A stretch of DNA of 64,000 nucleotides from Escherichia coli (GTDB lineage Bacteria; Pseudomonadota; Gammaproteobacteria; Enterobacterales; Enterobacteriaceae), in assembly GCF_003334355.1 (NCBI RefSeq), contig NZ_QOWP01000012.1. One strand, 5' to 3'. This document shows positions 21,404 through 32,452 of the stretch, piece by piece (position 1 is the first letter of the stretch; each line of letters begins with the position of its first letter). Below the pieces are notes generated by a model. The model did no database searches and was not told the origin of the DNA. It saw only the letters and a program-made list of their open reading frames with translations. The translations under genes and the position numbers were made by a program.

Positions 21404-21753
21404 ATCTCTTTCCTTCTGAAAGTTCGTTAACAAACGAACAAAAGTTGTCACACTGAAAGATATGCAATAAACGTGCATATTTTTTATCGGCGCGGTGTAA
21501 GAAAAGAGAACTCTCTCCCGGCCAGCACTGCTCGCTATATAAAAGCATCGCAAGAATAACTTTAGCCAGGGTTTGAGACTATAGCTCGGATTAAAAAACG
21601 GTATTTAACAAATTTTTATGCGTATTTGCTCTATGTGATAAAGCCAAATCGACACAAGAGAAGTGAAATAATCTTTAAGAAAAGGTTAAAAACAGCAGAT
21701 AATTTTGCAGCGCGCAGCCACTGCACCAGCGACTGCGTGCTCGAAAGGAGTTA

Positions 21754-22230
21754 TCAGTGGAGGAAATAGTTTTCGGTAACGTTGTTTTGCCCTTCATCGT
21801 CAGTCGGTAACAGCAGTTGATGGGCATTAGCTTCAAGAATGACCATCGAAATCTGCTCTTCGCTCTGACGCACGAACCATGCAAACTGCTCATAGGTTAC
21901 GCCCTGCATAACGGATAAAGACTGGCAAACCACCAGCTTTGGCAGATTATCATCCTGCATATCAAGAAATGCTTTCACGGTCAGCGAACTGGCATTGATG
22001 GCAGATAAATCCGCCGCCAGCGGCAATACGGCTGAAGGTCGGACTTCCGCCATGGCAGAAAACAGGATCGTGTTATCGATCAGATCGATTTTGGCATCAA
22101 AGACACCGTCGAAATTCTGCATATGGGGCAGATGCAGAGCCTGACAGTTATCACATTCAAAAAAACTCATCCCCAGGTCATCGAGCCATTGACGCAGCGT
22201 ATCCAGACCAGGAACGACCAGCGATGTCAT
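21754..22230 (-). CDS. ybjN: YbjN, putative sensory-transduction regulator family
   Basis: 158 aa from the ATG (MTSLVVPGLDTLRQWL); last gene of the ybjC-nfsA-rimK-ybjN cluster. Confidence 0.88.
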   Translation of the reverse strand: MTSLVVPGLDTLRQWLDDLGMSFFECDNCQALHLPHMQNFDGVFDAKIDLIDNTILFSAMAEVRPSAVLPLAADLSAINASSLTVKAFLDMQDDNLPKLVVCQSLSVMQGVTYEQFAWFVRQSEEQISMVILEANAHQLLLPTDDEGQNNVTENYFLH

Positions 22231-22317
22231 AATTTTGTACAACCTCTTTCGATAAAAAGACCGGCACAGCTTACGCAAAAAGCGCAGGCAAAACCATGAT
22301 CAGTAATGTGATTGCGA

Positions 22318-23220
22318 CTAACCACCCGTTTTCAGGCAATATTCTGTCGTAGCGTGGCGTTCGATCCAGCGGATCATTTTACCCGCGATGTCGATACCAG
22401 TGGTTTTTTCTATTCCTTCCAGCCCCGGCGACGCATTCACTTCCATCACCAACGGCCCGCGATTAGCACGCAGAATATCCACACCAGCAACGTCCAGCGC
22501 CATCGTTCGCGCGGCTTTTATCGCGATTTCACGCTCCTGTGGTGTGATACTGGCGACGCTTGCCGCGCCGCCACGATGCAAATTGGAACGAAAATCGCCC
22601 TCTTTCGCCCGCCGTTCAATCGCAGCGACCACTTCATCGCCAACAACCAGACAGCGGATATCGCACCCTTGCGCCTCTTTGATATATTCCTGCACCAGAA
22701 TATGCGCGTTCAGACCGCGGAAAGCGTCAATCACGCTTTCCGCCGCCTGACGCGTCTCCGCCAGCACGACGCCAATTCCCTGCGTGCCTTCAACCAACTT
22801 GACCACCAGCGGCGCACCACCGACCATGTCGATTAAATCGCTGGTATCATCCGGCGAATGCGCAATGCCCGTGACAGGCAGGTCGATGCCCTGACGCGCC
22901 AGCAGTTGCATGGAACGCAATTTGTCACGCGCCCGGGCAATGGCGACCGACTCATTGAGCGGATAGCTCCCCAGCATCTCGAACTGGCGCAGTGCCGCCG
23001 TCCCATAAAAGGTAATGGCGGTGCCAATACGCGGGATCACTGCGTCAAAATGGGGTAACTTGCGGCCTTTGTAGTGAATAGAAGACGCCGCAGGATTTAT
23101 GTTCATGTAGCAAGAAAGCGGATCAAGAATTTCAACCAGGTGACCGCGCTGTATAGCGGCTTCACGCAGCCGCTTACACGAATAGAGCGTTCCATCCCGG
23201 GACAATATGGCAATTTTCAC
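22318..23220 (-). CDS. rimK: Ribosomal protein S6 L-glutamate ligase (ATP-grasp)
   Basis: 300 aa; [18 protein letters not shown]; ATP-grasp fold. Confidence 0.93.
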   Translation of the reverse strand: MKIAILSRDGTLYSCKRLREAAIQRGHLVEILDPLSCYMNINPAASSIHYKGRKLPHFDAVIPRIGTAITFYGTAALRQFEMLGSYPLNESVAIARARDKLRSMQLLARQGIDLPVTGIAHSPDDTSDLIDMVGGAPLVVKLVEGTQGIGVVLAETRQAAESVIDAFRGLNAHILVQEYIKEAQGCDIRCLVVGDEVVAAIERRAKEGDFRSNLHRGGAASVASITPQEREIAIKAARTMALDVAGVDILRANRGPLVMEVNASPGLEGIEKTTGIDIAGKMIRWIERHATTEYCLKTGG

Positions 23221-23280
23221 CCTGCACCTCTCTGTCAGACCTGGTCAAAAGCCCGCGTATCATACATCGACGTGGCGGTT

Positions 23281-24003
23281 TTAGCGCGTCGCCCAACCCT
23301 GTTTGTGCAAATAATCCAGAATAAATGGGCGGCTTTCTTTAATGATTGTTCGGCGGATATGATCGCTCCAGGTATCCCGGCGATTATTGCTGCCACGGGT
23401 GAGGTAATATTCAGCCAGTTGTTCGTCATACTGCGCCAGTGCGTCTTTATCCAGCGGTTGATAGCTGTTTTCATGCACCAAAATGGAGGACGGTAAACGC
23501 GGCTTAAGATCCGGATTATCCGCAGGCCAGCCAAGGCACAGCCCAAACAGCGGCAGAACATGCTGCGGTAATTTCAGCAGTTTCGTCACCGCTTCAATAT
23601 TATTGCGCAGGCCGCCGATATATACGCCGCCCAATCCCAGCGATTCCGCTGCGATTAATGCATTCTGCGCCATCATTGCCGTATCAACGACACCGAGCAA
23701 CAGTTGTTCCGCCAGGCCGAGCTGAGCATCCGGACAGATCTGTAAATGGCGGTTAAAGTCGGCACAGAACACCCAGAACTCCGCCGCTTGCGCTACGTGT
23801 TTTTGCCCGCCGGTCAGCGTCACCAGTTCTTCACGTAACGCTTTGTCGGTAATGCGAATAATGCTACTGCACTGCAAAAAACTGGAACTGGACGTCGCAC
23901 GGGCGCTGTTAATAATCGCCTCACGCTGCGCTTCGGAAATGGGTTCATCAGTGAAATGGCGAATGGAGCGATGGCCACAAATAAGTTCAATGGTTGGCGT
24001 CAT
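23281..24003 (-). CDS. nfsA: Oxygen-insensitive NADPH nitroreductase NfsA
   Basis: 240 aa; MTPTIELICGHRSIRHFTDEPIS. Confidence 0.93.
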   Translation of the reverse strand: MTPTIELICGHRSIRHFTDEPISEAQREAIINSARATSSSSFLQCSSIIRITDKALREELVTLTGGQKHVAQAAEFWVFCADFNRHLQICPDAQLGLAEQLLLGVVDTAMMAQNALIAAESLGLGGVYIGGLRNNIEAVTKLLKLPQHVLPLFGLCLGWPADNPDLKPRLPSSILVHENSYQPLDKDALAQYDEQLAEYYLTRGSNNRRDTWSDHIRRTIIKESRPFILDYLHKQGWATR

Positions 24004-24274
24004 TATCTTTTTCTCTTTCTGAACGTGAATATTGCGGTGGACGGTTCATCAGCTGTGGGGCAAGACGTTTTGCCACCTGAAGAATAACCACCACCGCAGC
24101 GGGAAGCATGAGCAAAACACCGAGAAAAATCATCAGAATCTGCACTTCTGGCCGAGAAAATGGCTCAGGCAGCGACAGGGAGTCACTTACCGACAGCAGC
24201 GCCACCGCCAGTAGCATCATTCCGATAAATTCCAGTATCAACACGCCTTTAGGCAATTTACCGATCGCGCGCAT
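23987..24274 (-). CDS. ybjC: Small inner-membrane protein YbjC
   Basis: 95 aa; two hydrophobic helices; 3' end overlaps the nfsA start by 17 nt. Confidence 0.85.
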   Translation of the reverse strand: MRAIGKLPKGVLILEFIGMMLLAVALLSVSDSLSLPEPFSRPEVQILMIFLGVLLMLPAAVVVILQVAKRLAPQLMNRPPQYSRSEREKDNDANH

Positions 24275-24433
24275 ACGCTTCCCTCTGCAAAGTGAGCCTT
24301 CAGTCTAAAACTTTTCACTGTATTGTGTTTAACAGTTATAGCTTTTAGCAATTAATGCAACAGGTTAAACCTACTTTCAGCGAATACATTTTAGCGTGAT
24401 CATTACAGGCATAAATCTATGAGGAGAGAAATA

Positions 24434-24691
24434 ATGCAAACCGTTATTTTTGGTCGTCCGGGTTGCCCTTACTGTGTGCGTGCAAAAGATCTGGCTGAGA
24501 AATTGAGCAATGAACACGATGATTTTCAGTATCACTATGTAGATATTCGTGCGGAAGGGATCACTAAAGAAGATCTACAACAAAAGGCAGGTAAACCCGT
24601 AGAAACCGTGCCGCAGATTTTTGTCGATCAGCAACATATCGGCGGCTATACCGATTTTGCTGCATGGGTGAAAGAAAATCTGGACGCCTGA
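24434..24691 (+). CDS. grxA: Glutaredoxin 1
   Basis: 85 aa from the ATG at 24434; CPYC active site (GRPGCPYCVRAK). Confidence 0.93.
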   Translation: MQTVIFGRPGCPYCVRAKDLAEKLSNEHDDFQYHYVDIRAEGITKEDLQQKAGKPVETVPQIFVDQQHIGGYTDFAAWVKENLDA

Positions 24692-24701
24692 TCGTCTGAC
24701 A

Positions 24702-24736
24702 AGCCCTCGCGTTGAGGGCTTTACTGATTTTTTCTG
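24702..24736. terminator. Bidirectional intrinsic terminator between convergent grxA and ybjM
   Basis: Hairpin AGCCCTCGCG-ttg-AGGGCT followed by TTACTGATTTTTT. Confidence 0.55.
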
Positions 24737-25098
24737 TGCTGTGGTTTAAACAAACTACTGATAAATAAGAAACACAGTGCCCCCAGCGCACACCAGAACA
24801 CCGCACTTAATAACCATGCCAGCTCTTGCCAGAATGAGCGCGTCGGTGAAAAAAACAGCCGCATAATGAGCATCGAACAGGGTGCCGCCAGCATTGCGCC
24901 AAACAGAGGTTTCAGGACTTCTCTACGCTGTGAAAAGAAGCTGGCGACTGCTCCAGGAAGAATGAAAAATAGCAAGCCGATTTCAGGATGCCCGGCAGCC
25001 CGAAAAGCGCCTTTCATGTGCGTCGCCAGAAAAAGGCACACCACAATGAAGAGGACAAAACAGCAGATTGCCCCCGCCCAACGTTGTTTATGTTTCAC
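24721..25098 (-). CDS. ybjM: Uncharacterised inner membrane protein YbjM
   Basis: 125 aa; four hydrophobic segments. Confidence 0.85.
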   Translation of the reverse strand: MKHKQRWAGAICCFVLFIVVCLFLATHMKGAFRAAGHPEIGLLFFILPGAVASFFSQRREVLKPLFGAMLAAPCSMLIMRLFFSPTRSFWQELAWLLSAVFWCALGALCFLFISSLFKPQHRKNQ

Positions 25099-25367
25099 TC
25101 GTTCCTCCTGACACTGCGTCTATCGAACACATTTTTCGCCAGTGTGGCGTTCAGTAAGATAAAGCCGCTTCGCATTCCATGCTAATATAGGCCAACGCAA
25201 TTCATATAGCCGTTGATACCTAATGTGATTACACTAGTAAAATATATTGTTACTTTACTATCGTTTAGGTGCGCTGAATGAATCTGCGCCCTGAATTCTG
25301 GTAAAAAACATTATCGTAAATTACCATTTCTTTCAACAGCTTACTAGTAAACAAGAAGTTAGCCTCC

Positions 25368-27053
25368 GTGAATATAAACGTCGCCGAATTGTTAAATGGG
25401 AATTACATTCTGTTATTATTTGTGGTCCTCGCGCTTGGGCTATGTCTCGGAAAGTTACGACTTGGTTCGATCCAACTGGGTAATTCCATTGGCGTTTTAG
25501 TCGTATCGCTGTTATTAGGCCAACAACATTTCAGCATTAACACCGATGCGCTTAATCTTGGCTTTATGCTGTTTATTTTCTGTGTTGGGGTTGAAGCCGG
25601 ACCGAACTTTTTTTCCATTTTTTTTCGCGATGGGAAAAATTACCTAATGTTAGCACTGGTGATGGTTGGCAGTGCGCTGGTGATCGCCTTAGGGTTAGGT
25701 AAGCTGTTTGGCTGGGATATTGGCCTGACGGCCGGTATGTTAGCAGGCTCTATGACGTCGACACCGGTTCTGGTCGGTGCTGGCGATACACTGCGTCATT
25801 CCGGCATGGAAAGCAGGCAGCTCTCACTGGCACTGGATAATCTGAGCCTCGGGTATGCCTTAACCTATTTAATCGGTCTGGTGAGTTTGATTGTTGGTGC
25901 GCGTTACTTGCCGAAATTGCAGCATCAGGACTTACAGACCAGCGCCCAGCAAATCGCCCGCGAACGTGGCCTGGACACTGATGCCAACCGTAAGGTTTAT
26001 TTACCGGTGATCCGCGCCTATCGCGTCGGCCCGGAGCTGGTGGCCTGGACCGACGGCAAAAATCTGCGTGAACTGGGTATTTATCGACAAACCGGCTGCT
26101 ACATTGAACGTATTCGACGTAACGGGATTCTGGCAAATCCAGACGGTGATGCCGTGCTACAAATGGGCGATGAAATAGCGTTGGTAGGCTATCCCGACGC
26201 CCATGCCCGACTCGATCCCAGCTTCCGTAACGGTAAAGAAGTTTTCGATCGTGACCTTCTCGACATGCGTATCGTCACTGAAGAAGTGGTCGTTAAAAAC
26301 CATAACGCTGTAGGTAAACGTCTCGCACAACTGAAGTTGACCGATCACGGTTGCTTCCTTAACCGCGTCATTCGTAGCCAGATTGAGATGCCGATAGATG
26401 ACAACGTCGTGCTTAACAAAGGTGACGTTTTACAAGTCAGCGGTGATGCCCGTCGCGTAAAAACCATCGCCGATCGCATCGGCTTTATCTCGATTCACAG
26501 CCAGGTCACTGACCTGCTGGCATTTTGCGCCTTCTTTGTTATTGGGCTGATGATCGGGATGATCACCTTCCAGTTCAGCACATTCAGTTTCGGCATGGGG
26601 AACGCTGCCGGGTTGTTATTCGCCGGAATTATGCTGGGCTTTATGCGTGCTAACCACCCGACCTTCGGTTACATTCCGCAGGGTGCATTAAGCATGGTGA
26701 AAGAGTTCGGCTTGATGGTGTTTATGGCAGGCGTTGGTCTGAGCGCCGGTAGCGGTATTAATAACGGCCTGGGCGCGATTGGCGGTCAGATGTTGATTGC
26801 CGGATTGATTGTCAGTCTGGTGCCCGTGGTTATCTGTTTCTTGTTCGGTGCTTATGTATTGCGAATGAACCGCGCGCTGTTGTTCGGCGCAATGATGGGC
26901 GCACGTACCTGCGCGCCGGCAATGGAGATCATCAGTGATACAGCTCGCAGTAACATCCCGGCGCTGGGCTATGCGGGCACCTATGCAATCGCCAACGTCC
27001 TGCTGACGCTGGCAGGGACAATCATCGTCATGGTATGGCCAGGATTAGGATAA
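25368..27053 (+). CDS. ybjL: Putative AAE-family transporter YbjL with two TrkA-C (RCK_C) domains
   Basis: 561 aa from an apparent GTG start at 25368; hydrophobic N- and C-terminal halves around a soluble central region. Confidence 0.88.
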
Positions 27054-27165
27054 AACTGAAGTTGCCCTGAAAATGAAATTTTTTTGCACAACCGCAGAAC
27101 TTTTCCGCAGGGCATCAGTCTTAATTAGTGCCACTGCTTTTCTTTGATGTCCCCATTTTGTGGAG

Positions 27166-27209
27166 CCCATCAACCCCGCCATTTCGGTTCAAGGTTGATG
27201 GGTTTTTTG
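27166..27209 (+). terminator. Intrinsic terminator downstream of ybjL
   Basis: CCCATCAACC...GGTTGATGGG 10-bp stem followed by TTTTTTG. Confidence 0.55.
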
Positions 27210-27227
27210 TTATCTAAAATTTATCTA

Positions 27228-27764
27228 CTACCCTGCAACCCTCTCAACCATCCTCAAAATCTCCTCGCGCGATAGCGGCTTACGGTCGGTGACAAAATGC
27301 AGCGTCATCCCCTCAATAAACGCATCAAGCGCGCGGGCGGTTCCGGGTTCAAACCATTGTTCGAGCGTTTGCTGACTGCGCTGCATCCAGTTTTGCATTA
27401 CCGTTTTTAATAGCGGTTTTCGGCTAGCCAGCGCGTAGAGCTGGTACATCAGCTCCATATTATCCGGCGTTGCAACCTGTGAGCTGTAGATCATATCGGT
27501 GATAGCCTGGCATGCGCCTTGAGCATCACTAACATCGCTAAAAAATGCCTGATATTGCCGGGACATAATCTCAGTAAAACTGCTGAACGCCTCCAGCAAC
27601 AACTCATCAATTCCTGAAAAATAGTAGGTCATCGATCCCAACGGTACCCCGGCAAGGGTAGCAATTTTGCGGTGCGTAACAGCATGTATTCCGTAAAGTT
27701 TCACCGCCTCCAGCGTGGCCTGGATAATTTTTTCTCGCCGTTGCGGATCGTTAGCGCGACGCAT
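27228..27764 (-). CDS. rcdA: TetR-family transcriptional regulator RcdA (YbjK)
   Basis: 178 aa from the ATG (complement at 27762-27764) with GAGGA upstream; TetR-type N-terminal helix-turn-helix. Confidence 0.88.
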   Translation of the reverse strand: MRRANDPQRREKIIQATLEAVKLYGIHAVTHRKIATLAGVPLGSMTYYFSGIDELLLEAFSSFTEIMSRQYQAFFSDVSDAQGACQAITDMIYSSQVATPDNMELMYQLYALASRKPLLKTVMQNWMQRSQQTLEQWFEPGTARALDAFIEGMTLHFVTDRKPLSREEILRMVERVAG

Positions 27765-27847
27765 GTCATTTCCTCTGTCTGCAATTGTGTACAAATGTAC
27801 ACAACCTTGCTAATGTTGTCTTCCCTCTTCTTATTTTGACGTGATCT

Positions 27848-29056
27848 ATGACCGTAAATTCTTCACGTAATGCATTGAAACGCCGAACCTGGGCGCTGTT
27901 TATGTTCTTCTTTTTGCCAGGCCTGTTAATGGCGTCCTGGGCAACCCGTACGCCTGCTATCCGCGATATTCTCTCTGTCTCGATCGCTGAAATGGGCGGT
28001 GTTCTCTTTGGTCTGTCGATCGGTTCGATGAGCGGTATTCTCTGCTCGGCGTGGTTAGTGAAACGCTTTGGGACACGTAATGTCATCCTGGTCACGATGT
28101 CCTGCGCATTGATCGGGATGATGATATTAAGTCTGGCACTCTGGCTGACATCGCCCCTGCTCTTTGCCGTTGGTCTCGGCGTCTTTGGGGCAAGTTTTGG
28201 TTCTGCGGAAGTGGCGATAAACGTTGAAGGTGCCGCCGTTGAGCGAGAAATGAATAAAACGGTTTTGCCGATGATGCACGGTTTTTATAGCCTGGGCACG
28301 CTGGCAGGCGCTGGTGTCGGGATGGCACTGACGGCCTTTGGCGTTCCGGCAACGGTGCACATTTTATTGGCGGCGCTGGTAGGTATCGCGCCTATTTATA
28401 TCGCCATTCAGGCAATCCCTGACGGTACGGGCAAAAATGCTGCCGATGGCACCCAGCATGGCGAAAAAGGCGTACCTTTTTATCGCGATATCCAGTTGCT
28501 GCTGATTGGTGTTGTGGTGCTGGCGATGGCCTTTGCCGAAGGTTCTGCCAACGACTGGTTACCCTTATTAATGGTTGACGGTCACGGTTTTAGCCCCACT
28601 TCCGGCTCGCTGATTTATGCCGGTTTTACCCTGGGGATGACCGTTGGACGCTTCACTGGCGGTTGGTTCATCGACCGTTACAGTCGCGTTGCCGTGGTTC
28701 GGGCCAGTGCGCTAATGGGGGCGTTGGGTATTGGGCTGATTATTTTTGTCGATAGCGCCTGGGTCGCTGGGGTGTCTGTTGTACTCTGGGGAATGGGTGC
28801 CTCGCTGGGCTTCCCGCTGACCATTTCTGCCGCCAGCGATACCGGCCCCGATGCACCAACCCGCGTCAGTGTGGTAGCAACGACCGGTTATCTGGCTTTC
28901 CTCGTCGGGCCGCCGCTGCTGGGCTATCTCGGCGAACATTATGGATTACGTAGTGCAATGCTGGTTGTACTGGCGCTGGTTATTCTCGCGGCTATTGTCG
29001 CGAAAGCCGTCGCCAAACCCGATACCAAAACGCAGACGGCGATGGAGAATAGTTGA
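27848..29056 (+). CDS. ybjJ: MFS transporter YbjJ
   Basis: 402 aa; 12 predicted transmembrane segments. Confidence 0.88.
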   Translation: MTVNSSRNALKRRTWALFMFFFLPGLLMASWATRTPAIRDILSVSIAEMGGVLFGLSIGSMSGILCSAWLVKRFGTRNVILVTMSCALIGMMILSLALWLTSPLLFAVGLGVFGASFGSAEVAINVEGAAVEREMNKTVLPMMHGFYSLGTLAGAGVGMALTAFGVPATVHILLAALVGIAPIYIAIQAIPDGTGKNAADGTQHGEKGVPFYRDIQLLLIGVVVLAMAFAEGSANDWLPLLMVDGHGFSPTSGSLIYAGFTLGMTVGRFTGGWFIDRYSRVAVVRASALMGALGIGLIIFVDSAWVAGVSVVLWGMGASLGFPLTISAASDTGPDAPTRVSVVATTGYLAFLVGPPLLGYLGEHYGLRSAMLVVLALVILAAIVAKAVAKPDTKTQTAMENS

Positions 29057-29871
29057 TGAGCATTAAATTAATTGCGGTAGACATGGATGGTACTTTCTTA
29101 AGCGATCAAAAAACCTATAACCGTGAGCGGTTTATGGCTCAGTATCAGCAAATGAAAGCACAAGGCATTCGCTTTGTGGTCGCCAGCGGGAATCAATATT
29201 ATCAGTTGATCTCTTTCTTCCCTGAAATTGCTAATGAAATTGCCTTTGTGGCTGAAAACGGCGGCTGGGTAGTGAGTGAAGGCAAAGATGTTTTTAATGG
29301 CGAGCTGTCGAAGGATGCCTTTACTACTGTCGTGGAACATTTGCTGACGCGCCCGGAAGTGGAAATTATTGCCTGCGGAAAAAATAGCGCCTATACGCTC
29401 AAAAAATATGACGATGCCATGAAAACGGTGGCGGAAATGTATTATCACCGTCTGGAATACGTCGATAACTTTGACAACTTAGAAGATATTTTCTTTAAGT
29501 TTGGCCTGAATCTTTCCGATGAACTGATTCCACAAGTACAAAAAGCATTACATGAGGCCATCGGCGATATTATGGTGCCAGTCCACACCGGCAACGGCAG
29601 CATCGATCTGATTATCCCCGGCGTACATAAAGCCAATGGCCTTCGCCAACTGCAGAAATTATGGGGAATAGACGACAGCGAAGTGGTGGTCTTTGGCGAT
29701 GGCGGTAACGATATTGAGATGCTGCGTCAGGCAGGCTTTAGTTTTGCAATGGAAAATGCCGGCAGCGCGGTCGTCGCAGCGGCAAAATACCGGGCAGGCT
29801 CCAATAACCGTGAAGGCGTACTGGATGTGATCGATAAAGTGCTTAAACACGAAGCGCCATTTGACCAATAA
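29056..29871 (+). CDS. ybjI: HAD-superfamily Cof-like phosphatase YbjI
   Basis: 271 aa; [14 protein letters not shown] with DxDGT HAD motif I; clear paralogue of ybiV at 55262; start overlaps the ybjJ stop. Confidence 0.9.
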   Translation: MSIKLIAVDMDGTFLSDQKTYNRERFMAQYQQMKAQGIRFVVASGNQYYQLISFFPEIANEIAFVAENGGWVVSEGKDVFNGELSKDAFTTVVEHLLTRPEVEIIACGKNSAYTLKKYDDAMKTVAEMYYHRLEYVDNFDNLEDIFFKFGLNLSDELIPQVQKALHEAIGDIMVPVHTGNGSIDLIIPGVHKANGLRQLQKLWGIDDSEVVVFGDGGNDIEMLRQAGFSFAMENAGSAVVAAAKYRAGSNNREGVLDVIDKVLKHEAPFDQ

Positions 29872-29956
29872 AAACGGCAGCACGCCCGGCAACACAATAC
29901 CTGAATGAAGGCTGCATAATTCGCGGAAATTAACCCGCTGCATTATTTCAGGCGAA

Positions 29957-30241
29957 ATGATTATGAAAAATTGTCTACTGTTGGGCGCGCTTTTAATGGG
30001 CTTTACTGGTGTGGCGATGGCGCAAAGTGTCACCGTCGATGTGCCGAGTGGATACAAAGTGGTTGTAGTTCCTGATTCAGTCAGCGTTCCACAAGCGGTC
30101 AGCGTCGCGACTGTGCCGCAAACCGTCTATGTGGCTCCTGCGCCAGCTCCGGCTTACCGCCCGCATCCTTATGCTCGCCATCTTGCCAGCGTAGGTGAAG
30201 GGATGGTTATCGAACACCAGATTGACGACCATCACCATTAA
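29957..30241 (+). CDS. ybjH: Small secreted protein YbjH
   Basis: 94 aa; signal peptide MKNCLLLGALLMGFTGVAMA. Confidence 0.85.
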   Translation: MIMKNCLLLGALLMGFTGVAMAQSVTVDVPSGYKVVVVPDSVSVPQAVSVATVPQTVYVAPAPAPAYRPHPYARHLASVGEGMVIEHQIDDHHH

Positions 30242-30281
30242 TTCGAGAATGCCTGATCGCACAAAGCAGTCAGGCATTTTT

Positions 30282-31514
30282 TTACCCTTCGTGAGAATTT
30301 CCCATCTGTTTATCTTTTAAAAAGATAACCATCAGCGACAGCCACAAAATTCCGTTGACAAGGTTGAAGAGATTAAACTGTCCGTTGCCCCCGTTCAGCC
30401 AGGCATGTTTGCTGATTTCAATACCAACGGTAAAGATCAGCATTTGCAGCATTCCCATCGCCGCAGAAACCGTACCTTTACTCATATCGCTGGCAAACAG
30501 GGTTAATCGCACCAGTCCCGCATTCGCCAGACCAATACCGAAAGCATAAATACTTAACCCGGCAGTCATCCATAAATACGCGTGCGATGAGATAACCGTT
30601 GCCGCAGCAGCGACCAACAGACCAATCATAATCGGCCAGCCGCCCATAATTATCAGCGAACGTACGGTGCGGCGCGAGGTCAGACGCGCTAACAGCAAGT
30701 TACCCGCAATTAACGCCCCGAAAATAGGCACTTGCAGCAAGCCATATTCATAGCTGCTCAACTGCTCGCCGGTAATGATGATAATCGGCGACTGGGCGAT
30801 CCACGCCAGCAATGGCAGGCTAACGAATCCCAGCGCCAGCGCCCCCGCCACAAAGCGGCCGTTCTTCAGCACCAGCTTATAGTCACGACCGAGTTCTTTC
30901 AGTGACAGTTTCTCGCCTATACGCGTGGCGGTTTCAGGCATGGCTCGTTGCAGACCGAAAAAGGAGATCGCTGCCAATGCGGCAAACAAAACAAACATCC
31001 CCTCCCAGGGCAGCACATGGATCCACGCCGCGCCCACCAGCGGACCAAGTAGCGGAGCAATCAGCGCCACGTTCGCCATCAGCGCGGTGATCTTGATACA
31101 AACCGCCTCTTCGAAGGATTCCTGAATTGCGGCGTATCCCACAGCGCCAATGAAACAGAGGCTTATGCCCTGCAAGAAGCGCAACAGGGTGAATTGTTCA
31201 ATGTTTTGCGCCAGCAATATTGCCAGACAGGTGACGATAAACCACACCACTCCCGCCAGCATCACCGGACGGCGACCAATACGATCCGACAGCGGCCCCA
31301 GCAGCCATTGTAAAAACATCCCGCCCGCCAGATACGCGGTCATCGAAGTAGGAACCCAATCAATGCCCGCCTGATATTGTTCCACCACGGCCAACATACC
31401 GGGTTGAATCATATCGTTGCCGATATAGGTTGAAAATTCGTAAAGCACCAGACAGAGAGGGAAAAGTAACGCCTGACGTCCAAGCCTGGCACCGGAAGCT
31501 AATTTATTTTGCAT
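30282..31514 (-). CDS. mdfA: MFS multidrug efflux pump MdfA (Cmr)
   Basis: 410 aa; 12 transmembrane segments; [20 protein letters not shown]. Confidence 0.93.
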   Translation of the reverse strand: MQNKLASGARLGRQALLFPLCLVLYEFSTYIGNDMIQPGMLAVVEQYQAGIDWVPTSMTAYLAGGMFLQWLLGPLSDRIGRRPVMLAGVVWFIVTCLAILLAQNIEQFTLLRFLQGISLCFIGAVGYAAIQESFEEAVCIKITALMANVALIAPLLGPLVGAAWIHVLPWEGMFVLFAALAAISFFGLQRAMPETATRIGEKLSLKELGRDYKLVLKNGRFVAGALALGFVSLPLLAWIAQSPIIIITGEQLSSYEYGLLQVPIFGALIAGNLLLARLTSRRTVRSLIIMGGWPIMIGLLVAAAATVISSHAYLWMTAGLSIYAFGIGLANAGLVRLTLFASDMSKGTVSAAMGMLQMLIFTVGIEISKHAWLNGGNGQFNLFNLVNGILWLSLMVIFLKDKQMGNSHEG

Positions 31515-31798
31515 GCAATTTCTTCGCCAATAATAATCGCGCAGAGTTTAATAAAAGCGCAGCTAACGAGAAAGCGAATTTTGTAGCTGAAACCACGGTT
31601 AAGCACATTCTTACATTATTGCGAGTATAGCTACGCTTTCTTTAAGTTTTATTTAACCTATGCCCGTTACAATCACCCACCGTAAACAGGCCGCTTGAGG
31701 GAAATAAGACGATGCCGCTTTACCCAGTTTAACCTGCACTTTATTCTCAACGACTTGCCTGTATTGGCTCCCTTTTAATCACTTTGCGTCGGGAAGTT

Positions 31799-32395
31799 AT
31801 GCTGGAAAATTTGAATCTCTCTCTATTCTCTCTTATTAACGCGACGCCAGACTCGGCTCCGTGGATGATCTCGTTGGCGATTTTTATTGCTAAAGATTTG
31901 ATTACCGTGGTGCCGTTGCTGGCCGTGGTACTTTGGTTGTGGGGGCTTACAGCACAACGGCAACTGGTGATAAAAATCGCTATCGCGCTGGCGGTCAGCC
32001 TGTTTGTGTCCTGGACGATGGGACATCTTTTTCCGCACGACCGACCCTTTGTCGAAAATATCGGCTATAACTTCCTGCATCATGCGGCGGATGACTCATT
32101 CCCAAGCGATCACGGTACGGTGATTTTCACCTTTGCACTGGCATTTTTATGCTGGCATCGCCTGTGGTCCGGCTCACTTTTAATGGTGCTGGCCGTCGTC
32201 ATTGCCTGGTCGCGCGTTTATCTTGGCGTCCACTGGCCGCTGGATATGCTCGGTGGATTGCTGGCAGGTATGATTGGCTGCCTTAGTGCCCAGATTATCT
32301 GGCAAGCGATGGGGCATAAACTCTATCAACGTCTGCAATCGTGGTATCGCGTCTGTTTTGCATTACCGATCCGCAAAGGCTGGGTGCGTGACTGA
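31799..32395 (+). CDS. ybjG: Undecaprenyl-diphosphate phosphatase (PAP2 family)
   Basis: 198 aa from the ATG at 31799; PAP2 motifs (PSDH, SRVYLGVHWPLD). Confidence 0.9.
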   Translation: MLENLNLSLFSLINATPDSAPWMISLAIFIAKDLITVVPLLAVVLWLWGLTAQRQLVIKIAIALAVSLFVSWTMGHLFPHDRPFVENIGYNFLHHAADDSFPSDHGTVIFTFALAFLCWHRLWSGSLLMVLAVVIAWSRVYLGVHWPLDMLGGLLAGMIGCLSAQIIWQAMGHKLYQRLQSWYRVCFALPIRKGWVRD

Positions 32396-32452
32396 TCTCT
32401 GCTAAAAAGTGTAGTATTGAGCGGCTCGCTTCAATAACTATTCAGAGGGATT

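Noticed and set aside
21459-21475. Possible sigma-54 (-24/-12) promoter upstream of potF on the minus strand (reverse complement reads ATGCACG-N4-TTGCA)
   Set aside because: The critical GG dinucleotide of the -24 element is not present (TG instead), so the match is too weak to call, although potFGHI has been reported as nitrogen-regulated. It would need a matrix scan and transcription start mapping.
24988-25185. 65-aa ORF at the ybjM-ybjL divergent region as a candidate new small protein
   Set aside because: It largely overlaps the 5' end of ybjM on the opposite strand and has no evident Shine-Dalgarno; there is insufficient evidence without ribosome profiling.
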